From contig NC_068985.1 in the NCBI RefSeq assembly GCF_001194135.2, positions 48,471,836 through 48,506,652 on the forward strand: a stretch of 34,817 bases of DNA, given 5' to 3'. Positions 13,175 to 22,963 of this stretch are shown piece by piece (positions within the stretch are counted from its first letter, which is position 1; the number at the start of each line of letters is the position of its first letter). The DNA is from Octopus bimaculoides. Taxonomy: Eukaryota. Under the pieces are notes generated by a model. That model searched no databases, was not told the DNA's origin, and saw nothing but the letters and a program-made list of their open reading frames with translations. The position numbers and the translations under genes were made by a program.

Positions 13175-13400
13175 TAATTTTGCTTCAATTCAGTTCCTTA
13201 TTCTTCTCTTGCACATTTTAGAGATTTTCCCTCTTGTTTCCCCTTCCATAATCATCTTGTCTTGCAGTACCACGACCTTCCTGTATCCCTTATCATTCGT
13301 TAGCCATCTAATGATAATATCCTCTGGTAAATTTATACCATCAGAATTTATTTGCCGGTTTCTCATCATAATTGTACACGTATTTATCCCAACTGTTTTC
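13175..13400 (-). pseudogene. R4/Dong-type RT C-terminal fragment, highly diverged
   Basis: GINTCTIM..NSDGINLPEDIIIRWL..KGYRKVVVLQ..ETRGKISKMCKRRIRN*IEAKLN aligns by eye to the pattern GLDKC..SxGIxLP..YKYLGILE..MKxKIxKEYxRRVRxILKSKLN. Confidence 0.65.
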
Positions 13401-13944
13401 AAATACCGTTGTTGAATACTTTTACTGTTTGCATTAGAGAATCCAATTCTTTTCCTCGTTTGTATATATTTCAGATTGTTCTTACAAAGTAGATAATTTA
13501 TTTTCACCTTGGTTTTGATAAGAACATTAGTTGGCGTCGATTTTCTCAGTATACTTATGAGATATTTTATCTAATATAATATATTATATTATATTACGTG
13601 TTACGTATGTATGTGTGTATATCACTCTACACATCATCAGTAGCAATTATCTCCTATGACCTGTATTCTTATACAAATTAACCTCTACTGATATACAGAA
13701 AACAGCGATGAACAAATCACTGGTGCCGCAAATAGCACCATATCATTGAAATGTAGCAGAGATCATCCGAGGCAGCAGTAAGAGAAGTAAACGTGCAACA
13801 CATACACATACATGTAGGTATATGTACACATATATATATCCACACACACACATATAAACACAAATGCTGAGAGACACACACAATATATATATATATATAT
13901 GTCTGGCGGAATCCGTGACAGGATGTCGATTTTGTGGGGTCCAG

Positions 13945-14015
13945 ACAGAAGCCCCCTTGGACAAAAGCCCCTTGGACAAAAGCCCCCAGGACAAAAGCCA
14001 CCCAGGACCAAACCC
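13945..14015 (+). repeat. Four tandem 13-14-bp GGACAAAAGCCCC units
   Basis: Seen directly. Confidence 0.85.
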
Positions 14016-14051
14016 CGACGGTTATATTTTTCAGTTATTTTTCGTTTTTAG

Positions 14052-14590
14052 AATTTTTAGTTGAATGTATCCATCCCAGGATTTTTTTTACTCGTTGCAG
14101 TTATTAGTCTGCGGCTGGCCATGCTGGAGCACCACCATGAAGAACTTTTAGATGACTGTATGGAACACAGAATTTATTTTAAGCTTAATCAAAACCGCTT
14201 ATTAAACTTCGGCCATGCTGGAGCACCACCTTGAGGAATTTTAGTCGATTGTATCGAAACCAGAACTTTTTTAGATGATTTTCAACCAGCGCAGGAAGTT
14301 AAGCCTAGAAGGTCTCCTGACATGCTAGAAATAACAGCCAAACCTCTTGAATCTTTTATAACATTCCAACTCGGTTCTATTTTTGGAGTTATTCTTCGTG
14401 TTTTTTCTTATTATCTAAAATTCTTTTTACTTGCTTTAGTCACTGGATTGCGGCCATGCTGGAGCACCGCCTTGAAGAATTTGTAGTCCAATGTATCGTC
14501 CCCAGAATTTTTTTTGTGTGATTTTCAACCAGCACATAAAGTTAAGCCTAGGAGGTCTCTCCACGTGTTAGAAATAACAGCCAAATCTTA
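14052..14590 (-). mobile_element. Tandem array of 3-4 SINE family 1 3' tails, two joined to an AAATAACAGCCAAA segment
   Basis: GGCCATGCTGGAGCACC occurs three times (~14117, ~14210, ~14453) and is the reverse complement of the tail at 4150-4200. Confidence 0.8.
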
Positions 14591-14869
14591 CAATTTTCTT
14601 TTAATATAACTTCACGTAAACAAAGACGGAAATCGCGGTTGTAAAAAAACAAGTATGTTCCAAAATTCCAATTTTTAAGTAAGCAAAATATATTCAATCG
14701 AAAAATGCATTTTTTGATTGCCTCGACTTCCGAAACTCGGAGTCTTGTTACGGCAACTGAATAATTGTCACATATTATATAACAGATATCTATCTATGTT
14801 AGAGCCCTTGTGGCTAATAAGAAATTATTAGAAACAATTATTACTGTTATTGTTATTATCATCACAGTA

Positions 14870-14912
14870 CTACTATTACTACTACTACTACTACTACGAC
14901 GACGACGACGAC

Positions 14913-14969
<57 letters not shown>

Positions 14970-14983
14970 TATTTATTATAATT

Positions 14984-15030
<47 letters not shown>

Positions 15031-15080
15031 GCTACGATCATCATCATAATTATCATCATCATAATTATTATCATCATTAT
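14870..15080. repeat. Compound trinucleotide array (CTA)(CGA)(TAA)(TTA)(TCA)
   Basis: Seen directly. Confidence 0.95.
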
Positions 15081-15386
15081 TATTAAATATTAAATATTAT
15101 ACAGAAGTTTCTATAAACCATTATTTTGATAACACACTGTTTCTTCACGTTTGTGTGTTTCTGTTTGCATTTACTATATTCTTAGATATTAAATGTAAAA
15201 CAATACATAAGGCAGACAATTCCATTTAGAAGGGAAATGCCTATTAGTATTGACTTCCTAAATCCACTTTTGTAGCGTAAATAGTTCCGGTAAGGAGAAA
15301 TCATGAGATGGAAGCAGAATGGTATCTCCATAGCAATGTCGACAGGAAATTTGCAATTCTAGCAAAACGTCAGCGCGCGCATACAC

Positions 15387-15420
<34 letters not shown>

Positions 15421-15502
15421 TCGCACACTCACACACACACACACGCATGTACACACCTGTGTGTATATGCGTGTATGTTCTTGTGCACAGAGAGATAGAG
15501 TG

Positions 15503-15538
<36 letters not shown>

Positions 15539-15930
15539 GGATAGATAGATAGATAGATAGATATCTTAGCGTGTGTGATATTTAAAGATTACTACTGGGA
15601 TTGTTCAAAAGCAATCCAATGCAAATTGAAATATATGGGTGAAGATAGTAATGATAGCAAAACTGCTGCGCACTTTATCATATAATTCTATATTTTGGGA
15701 TAAATAACGCTTTATCAAGAGAAAATGTACAGTTCGTAACTTTTGCTTTTATATATGGGAGTGGTGGTGCTTGCGGCACGAGCAAAAGGATATTATTAGA
15801 ATAAAGGATAAAATGGCAAGCAGNNNNNNNNNNNNNNNNNNNNNNNNNNNNNNNNNNNNNNNNNNNNNNNNNNNNNNNNNNNNNNNNNNNNNNNNNNNNN
15901 NNNNNNNNNNNNNNNNNNNNNNNNNNNNNN

Positions 15931-16020
15931 AGATACCACTTAAGTACTGGGGTCGATCTTGTCGACTTACCACGGTACTCTCCCGAAATTGCTGGCCTTG
16001 TGCCAAGAATTTGAAATCGT
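15931..16020 (+). mobile_element. SINE family 2, 3' half
   Basis: AGTACTGGGGTCGAT..TCGACTTA..CCCGAAATTGCTGGCCTTGTGCC. Confidence 0.75.
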
Positions 16021-16835
16021 TATTATAATAATCTTCCTCGTGTAACTCTCCTCTCTTTTCGATTGATGATTAAGTTTATGAACGAGGTCGTCTATTTTGA
16101 TTCTCTGTTTTTTTATCCAATATTCTGTTAATTTAATGAACAGTAAAGTTCAAGAAATAACAGAACATATGTAAAGTCCTGAGTGTGGCATTTTTCTATG
16201 TGTTATTTCAAAGATGGATAGGTGTGTACGCGTTCCTAATGTGGGTCCTAGCAGCTTTCGGATTGTGTTGCGATGTCGGAACCGAAAAATTTACTAGCTG
16301 ATACGTATGACCTCGAGCACGCGTTCACATCGTTGTTGTCTAATGGCCGATTTCCAGACATGAATTACTGTTAAAGAAGAACCAGATTTTAAAATCTTTA
16401 TGTTCACTTCCTCTCAAAGGATCGTTTTTGTGGACTGCAGTAGTGGTTCTATCGGGGAAATATGGCAGTTTCATGAAGCACATTTAATTTTGCTCCACTA
16501 ACTTGAGCAAAGATTAAATACTAATAAATATAATAATTAATAAGATAATTCACAAACAGACTCGCTAAGTCACTGATATTAAATTATAAGCGTATTATTG
16601 TAAGATAAGTGTATTAGAACATGCTTTGAGTATTAATGTATAATTGGAAAGTTATAAGGTGTCAAATGTATTCATTACTATGTAATTAGCTTCATTTTCC
16701 TATATGATCAGTATGCTATCATATGATTGCTGTATTATTGCACTAGTAGTGTATGAGTATATAATTAGTGTACTGGTATATCATCAGTGTACGGGTATGT
16801 TAGTGTACTGGTTAATATATTTGTCGACGGTTCAA

Positions 16836-17195
16836 GGTGGCAAGCTGGCAGAATCGTTGGCATGCTGGACGAAATGCTTAGTAGCATTTAGTCCGGTATA
16901 CCTACTGAATTTAAATTTTGGTCGATAAAATAGGTACCAATTGAACGCTGTGGTCGATCTAATCGAATTGCCCCGTCCCTCGAAATTACTGGCTTTGTGC
17001 CAACATTTGAAATCGGTGTATTAGTAGACGGTTTAAGGCGGCGAGCTGACGGAATGGTTACCACGCCGGACATAATACTTTGCGCCATTACGGGCTAGAT
17101 AACACAAGTACCAGTTGAGCACAGGGCTCGACGTAATCGACTTAAGCACTCACCCGAAATTGCTGGCCTTGTGCGAAAATTTAAAGCCAATATTT
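16836..17195 (+). mobile_element. Two adjacent internally deleted SINE family 2 copies (~16836-17015, ~17036-17195)
   Basis: Each has a GGYGGCRAGCTG head and a CGAAATT.CTGGC.TTGTGC tail. Confidence 0.8.
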
Positions 17196-18156
17196 CATAA
17201 GTATGCTAATTGAAGAATATTGTATTGCTATATGTGTGTGTATGTAAGTGTATTCCAGTTGCTGAACTGAGGCGTTCCATTGTTAGATCTTATATTATAG
17301 TATACAAACTCAAACTCCTACTACTAATACTAGTAATATCTTTATTTTTACCTTGCCAAAAATCTTCTATGCGTTTGGCATTGAAATCAAGTGGGGAAAT
17401 GTGATTTACAATTTACTCCCAATGGTGTTAGCGGCTTCAGTAACGTGAATTGAACACACTCCTACTGCGTACACTTCAAAGAGTGCTAATAAAATCATTT
17501 AATTACTTACGAATGATACCTAGTTTTTATCCGAAAAGAAAAGTGGTTGCCCTCACATTCATTTCCTAATGGAGACCGGCATTGAAATGCGTTGTTTCTA
17601 ATTGTAAACTGTATAGGAATCGTAAAAGACTGAGTCACTATGTCGTAAACAACCAGTCTTTAATGTTGATTGATTGAGACTTGGATAAAATCTATTTCAA
17701 ATAGAGAGGAAGAAACAAAGTATTTTACCACGATGACGTCGATACTAAGCACATTAACGATGTAAGTCATGTGAAATTGACTCACACCGATTTGGGGACA
17801 AAGCTGGCCACCGGAAATCTACAGTTCTGATCAATAGTTTGCATACATTTGAATGCATTGGTAAAATGTTTTCACAGTACTTGATAATGGAAAACAAGGA
17901 ATGTATTTTAGAATAAAATAAACACACAATCTTAGAACAGTTTACAAAAGTACAAATAGTAATCTCATAGTGCCAAATTCTGTGCACGATAACGCGTTGC
18001 CTGCAATACAGCGTCATTTCCCTCAGACCTAATTTTAAGAGTAATTTCTTATTTCCTTTATTCAAACTTAAAATATTTCTATTCTAAATACGAAATTGAT
18101 GAAAGATTATCAGCTACACCATTGTTTTTGCTGTAACATAGATTTTTCTATCCTAT

Positions 18157-18567
18157 TTATGCCAAGATAGGATCCTGAATATTGTACAATGCGAATAATA
18201 CTCCAATCTGTTCAAATGTAGTGCAATTAAAGAACATAGAGTAGTTAACACCTCCAGAACATGGAAGTAGGTCTTGAAATCTATTGCAGACCGTTAAAGA
18301 ATTATCCAAAATTCCATTCACTTTTTCTACAGAAACGGTCCCAATAACAGAAGGAATCGGCATAACGTAACCCTTGCAAGTGTATATCTGAGATAGTACA
18401 TTGAGGTAAAAAGCGACGTACGAAACATTTGATACAAACTGCATCACAGATGTTTGATGTTTCTTCACAAGCCACTTTCTCTCCCTGCAAATTTGCAGAC
18501 CACACTCAACGTTTCCCACAGTCGTGGATTTCGTAGACGTAAACTGAAAGAAGGCCATCACATGCAT
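18157..18567 (-). CDS. Unassigned 136-aa ORF
   Basis: ATG-started, stop-free, non-repetitive ORF in AT-rich DNA. No family was recognised. The N-terminus overlaps a SINE-like fragment. Confidence 0.25.
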   Translation of the reverse strand: MHVMAFFQFTSTKSTTVGNVECGLQICRERKWLVKKHQTSVMQFVSNVSYVAFYLNVLSQIYTCKGYVMPIPSVIGTVSVEKVNGILDNSLTVCNRFQDLLPCSGGVNYSMFFNCTTFEQIGVLFALYNIQDPILA

Positions 18568-18571
18568 AGCG

Positions 18572-18889
18572 CTAGGTTAATAGTTGAATGATCTCCCTTG
18601 CAAGAAAGACTATAGAGTAACCTCCCTTTACCAGGTTTCTCGAAGCATCTATGTCATGAGACGTGATTCCTAATTTTTCAAGAAGCTTAGCGTTTTTCTT
18701 CGAAGTTTCTAGAATGCCTTGCATTCCATTCATAAAAACAGCCTGGTAAGCCTGCTCTTCGTGTCTTAGTCCATTAGACGTAGAGTCATTAACGTCATTG
18801 CTATATCCGTCTATTTCTCTACGCCACATGACTGAAAACCACCACTTAGCTGTTATTTCTACATTTTCTATCTCTGAACTTTCTTGCAT
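18572..18889 (-). CDS. Unassigned 105-aa ORF
   Basis: ATG-started, protein-like composition, ending 4 nt before the next ORF. No family was recognised. Confidence 0.3.
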   Translation of the reverse strand: MQESSEIENVEITAKWWFSVMWRREIDGYSNDVNDSTSNGLRHEEQAYQAVFMNGMQGILETSKKNAKLLEKLGITSHDIDASRNLVKGGYSIVFLAREIIQLLT

Positions 18890-19074
18890 AGATTACTTCA
18901 TTCAGCTAGATTCTACATTTTAATTATGCATCATCATCGACCAGTAACTAAATTATATGTTTATATAAAAAATATATAGTTCTTGAATTTATTCTTCATC
19001 TCTATATGAACTCTTGTAATAATATACACGCAGCTACCTCAACACTTTGTACTGACTATATATAACCACTACAC

Positions 19075-19105
19075 ATGTATGTATGCATGTATGTATGTAT
19101 GTATG

Positions 19106-19147
<42 letters not shown>

Positions 19148-19231
19148 TATTTGTATGTATATATTTATAAATATATATATGTATGTATATACATGTGTAT
19201 GTATATATTTATAAATGTATACATACATATA

Positions 19232-19311
<80 letters not shown>

Positions 19312-19497
19312 GGCATACATACATACATACATACATACAGGCGATGGCCTTTTTCAGTTTCCGTCTAACAAATCTACGACCGTGGTTATGTATTATATAT
19401 ATACATTCATAGGTACATACATTCATACATACATACATATATACATACATACATACATACATGCATGCATGCATGCATACATACATACATACATACA

Positions 19498-19530
<33 letters not shown>
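19075..19530. repeat. Compound (TATG)n/(TA)n/(TACA)n microsatellites
   Basis: Seen directly. Confidence 0.9.
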
Positions 19531-19655
19531 GATTAATAAATTCAAAAAGGGATAAAAAATATTTTGGAAGAATTTTATCAAGACGCCAGTGTGTAAAAAA
19601 TTCAAAAGGGAAATTTCTATTCCCAAGAATATAATTATTCGTTTATATTTATATA

Positions 19656-20058
19656 AGGGGCATTACTACAGAATAATGCCACACACTGGAGTTCCCAAAA
19701 TAAACACATTTAGTACCTGTCTCAACACATGTGCCAAAACAACCCAGTCGTTTTCCCGCTTCTTCTTTGTTGAAGATTTATGCAGATAAGCTTCATTCCC
19801 TTTGCTGGTCAGATACCGAGAGTGTTCGATTTTGGTAAGGTGAGAATTCTGTTTATTTGGATATGTTTTCCCTAAACAATACTATGCTGATGAGCGAAAT
19901 CTAGAATTCCTTCTGGTAATCGCGAAATCGGTCGATACATAGTTTGAGTTATTTAAAAGAAAGTTGGTCTTCTGTTGGTTGTTTTTCCTCACATTCGGTA
20001 CTACATGTATTTATTTTGGGAAGTGCAGTGTGTGGCATTATTCTGTAGTAATGCCCCT
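19656..20058. mobile_element. 403-bp foldback/MITE-like element: 62-bp terminal inverted repeats, TATA on both flanks, internal hammerhead
   Basis: AGGGGCATTACTACAGAATAATGCCACACACTG... matches the reverse complement of 19997-20058 at 58/62. TATA lies at 19652-19655 and 20059-20062. Confidence 0.85.
19881..19943 (+). ncRNA. Minimal type I hammerhead, partly decayed
   Basis: ACTATG-CTGATGA-GCGA..CTAGAA-TTCC-TTCTGG..TCGC-GAAA-TCGG-TC-GATA-CATAGT. The core is intact, stem III is probably CCGG with a C>T change, and stem I is offset by 4 nt. Confidence 0.7.
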
Positions 20059-20126
20059 TATATAAATACATACATACATACATACATACATACATGCATA
20101 CATACATACATACATACATACATACA

Positions 20127-20560
20127 TGGACCAATAGCCGAATTACTACCTCTCACTTTGAAGAGTATGCGTTTGCAATCCAGGAACAGGAAATATCAAC
20201 GAACTACCTGATGCACAAAAGGGATAGAGATGCAAGTAAAGCCGTAAAGTGTGACAACCGATGTAGACTTTGTGGAGTTCACGCTGAAGATATCACCCAC
20301 GTCATAAGCAGCTGTCCGAAAATGTCATCACCGTATTATCTACCGATGAGACATACCATTGTATCTAGGACACTCTATAATGAAATTCGTCAGAAGAATA
20401 ATCCCGAGGACAAAGAAATAAGATCCCACAATATGGTAGAAACCATAGCCACTCATATTGAAAAGGAATACTGGTGGAATGTACAAATTGAAGACCTCAA
20501 TAAAATATAAGCACAACAGACCTGATAAGATGATTTGGGACAACAACTATCGGCAGTACT
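20127..20560 (+). pseudogene. R4/Dong-type fragment: CCHC finger and start of PD-(D/E)xK endonuclease
   Basis: AFAIQEQEISTNYL..CRLCGVHAEDITHVISSCP..RH..YWWN, then after a +1 frameshift KHNRPDKMIWD. Confidence 0.88.
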
Positions 20561-20595
20561 GTTATCTATTACATCGTTCGTGCGTTTGTACTGGT

Positions 20596-20766
20596 TTTAG
20601 CTTTAGAGCTATAGGGTTAGGGTTCGGGTTTTAGAGTTAGGGTTATGGTTAGGGTTTTAGGGTTAGGGTTAAGGTTAAGGTTATGAGCATTTTTGCCAAA
20701 TTTGGTGAAAGGCAAAAATACTCATAACTCTAACTCTAACCCTAACCATAACCCTAACTCTAAAGC
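20596..20766. repeat. Telomere-like hairpin: degenerate (TTAGGG)n, unique 17-bp stem with 13-nt loop, then (CCCTAA)n
   Basis: TTATGAGCATTTTTGCC (20681-20697) pairs with GGCAAAAATACTCATAA (20711-20727). The variant string TTTAGAGTTAGGGTTATGGTTAGGGTT is present in both arms. Confidence 0.9.
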
Positions 20767-21766
20767 CCCTCCGCATACTTACCCTTTCATTTGTTCTGAC
20801 TTCTGCAATTCGCCCCTTTGCCACCTCTGCACCTTCAATCTGCATCTCCTCCAAATTGCCTTTTCTCTTTTCTTTTTGCGGGTTATTTGGAGGCAAAAAT
20901 GCGTTTTCCTCCCTTTCCCTCCTTCTCTCTCCGACTGGATATTTCCATTCTACCGCTTCCATTACCTCCTTTACCCGGCCCTGCGCGACTACACCCTGCC
21001 CCACCTCCTCCTCATGCCGATCCTGCTCCACCTCCTGTTCCACTTCCTGTTTCTGGGGCCATCTCGCTTGCATGTGACCCCGTACTCCACAGTGGTAGCA
21101 GATGGGAAGTCCTCCCTCCACTATCACTCTTAGTATGACCTCCTCCGGCAATACAATCTCATTCACAACCCTATGCAGTTCCGGGACACCGATTCGGTCC
21201 GTCACCTCAAGGCCTCATCGAAACCAGTTCACCTCCGCTGTCCTCGTGACCCTCAGGACATTGGTTTCCTCCTCCGCCACCAGCCACGTTTCATTAATTT
21301 ATGGGGGCACTCTGCCAATCCTAATTCTGGCTGCACGTTTTCCACTGTAAGTTGGCAATAGTGCGCACTCATCCGACCTTAATGGCACAGTGGAGCACTT
21401 TATCGCGTCTTGTTCGGTCGCAAACCATACCTCCACTGTGCCGTCCTTCCTGCCTCCGGTGTAGTACGTCGTAAGGTGCTTCACCTCCTTGAGGCATTCA
21501 TCTACTGCTTCAATGGTTGCTACTTCCACCCTCTTGCCGATGTTGGACAGCGTTCCACAGACATCAGTTTCCTCCAATATTTCTTTTGGTGGAATCAGTC
21601 TCAAGCTGCTTCCCTTTTCAACAATTAGCTCAGCTTTTTTCAGTCTTTGCTCGTCGAATTGCATCTCCTTGACCTGCACAACGTCCCCATTTACACCCCT
21701 TCCCACCGCTGTAGCATATTTGACGGCTGGTTAAGCGTCCACAACTTCGCTGGTCACAAATGACAT
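20681..21766 (-). pseudogene. gag-like ORF1 of L1/Tx1-type LINE (RRM-like region plus CCHC zinc knuckle)
   Basis: One frame from ATG 21766 to TAA 20681 (362 codons) with three in-frame stops (21733-21731, 21301-21299, 21217-21215). Motifs: KYATAV, RIGRVPP, VIVEGGLPICYHCGVRGHMQARW (CX2CX4HX4C with last C>W), and an acidic tail. Confidence 0.75.
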
Positions 21767-22104
21767 GAAAATTTCCAGAAATTGTCTTCACAAAATCACA
21801 GTTCAATAAATTTACAGAAACTTTCCACACCGCAGGGCGAAAATTACAGATTTCCACAGGACAACAATTCAAATATAACAAAAATTCGCAATAACAGAAC
21901 AGGAAACGAACCCACATACCGTAGGTAACAACTGAAAGCAACACCATGCCGCAGACGAAAAAGGCACAGCCTAGCCAGCTGTCGATGCCTATCCACCTTT
22001 GAAAACATAGATATTTTAAGTGGAATACATTCACTGATTTTTTAAAATAGAGAAAATATATTTCTAAATCTCTCAGAGAGATGTATGCAGTAGCAGCACG
22101 ATAA

Positions 22105-22405
22105 AGTGATAGTATGTTGTCAACTTAATGTGATAGTCTCATAAAAGGGAAGAATGCTACTGTTATTTAGCCCTAAGAAACACATTTCCTGTGGCATCGA
22201 CAGCTAGCAAGCCATGCTACTCCAGACTGATGATGAGCAATGACTCTGAAACTAGTCTCTGGATGGCTTTCCTGGGTGGCGGTGCTTATCTCCACTTTGA
22301 AAACATAAGGACACAGGAAATGTATCAAGTCCAACAGGAAACAGTGTTTCCTAGGGCTACATAATATTAGCATTCTTCCCTTTTATGGGACAACATACCA
22401 TCACT
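22105..22405. mobile_element. 301-bp foldback element (~90-bp arms) with a central hammerhead, flanked by ATAA/TTAA
   Basis: AGTGATAGTATGTTGTC..CATAAAAGGGAAGAATGCTA..TAGCCCTAAGAAACAC is inverted at ~22345-22405. Confidence 0.8.
22209..22269 (+). ncRNA. Minimal type I hammerhead ribozyme, apparently intact; predicted cleavage after C22257 (GUC)
   Basis: TCCAGA-CTGATGA-T-GAG-CAATGA-CTC-T-GAAA-CTAG-TC-TCTGGA. Stem I is 6 bp, extended by AAGCCA/TGGCTT across a 6-nt bulge. Stem III is the palindrome CTAG. Confidence 0.85.
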
Positions 22406-22456
22406 TTAAAGCCAAGGCAGTGTGAAATTTCTAGGATATTTATAAAGACAAAGGTA

Positions 22457-22504
22457 GTCTTACAGCTGTTTCAATGATATAAAGGATATTCCATCATCAG
22501 AGAC
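22457..22504 (-). ncRNA. Minimal type I hammerhead, core intact; GUA site
   Basis: Minus strand reads GTCT-CTGATGA-TGGAATATCCTTTATATCATT-GAAA-CAGCTG-TA-AGAC. Confidence 0.75.
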
Positions 22505-22915
22505 GATATGAGAGATTTAAATAGAAGGATGTAGAAGTGTTCAATATAAGACGTTATTTTCGAAAGGGAGAGACATGGGAATTACAAAGGGAAATATGAG
22601 AATAAAAATAAAATATGTCTCAGTTTCATTATCCATTCATTATGTTGAATGGGTAAAGAGGCTTCTTGTCCATGGTATGTAAATTCCGACAGGAGTTCAT
22701 ATTTTGTTATTATAAATGGATAAAATATAAATATTAATTCTACAAGATCCCTTTGAATAAACAGCACATTCCTTGGATAATGAAACTGCAACTGTAACAT
22801 TCAATATGTATTTTTATTTTTATACTCATATTTCTCTTTATATTTCCTAGATCTCTCGTAATATAACTTTTTATACTGAACTCTCCTATTTCTTTCTGCT
22901 TAAATCTCTCAAATC

Positions 22916-22963
22916 GTCTCTGATGATGGGATAACCTCTATATCTCTTAAACAGCTGTAAGAC
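22916..22963 (+). ncRNA. Mirror hammerhead with catalytic G12>U change
   Basis: GTCT-CTGATGA-T-GGGATA-ACCTCTA-TATCTC-T-TAAA-CAGCTG-TA-AGAC. GAAA is mutated to TAAA at 22948. Confidence 0.7.

Noticed and set aside
12500-14590. CRISPR-like repeat arrays
   Set aside because: Eukaryotic context, no unique regular spacers and no cas genes.
14710-14750. GAAACTCGGAGTC resembling hammerhead stem III
   Set aside because: No CUGANGA core or stem I.
20596-20766. Ancestral end-to-end chromosome fusion site
   Set aside because: The orientation fits, but the unique palindromic centre and mirrored variant repeats indicate foldback copying rather than joining of two independent telomeres.
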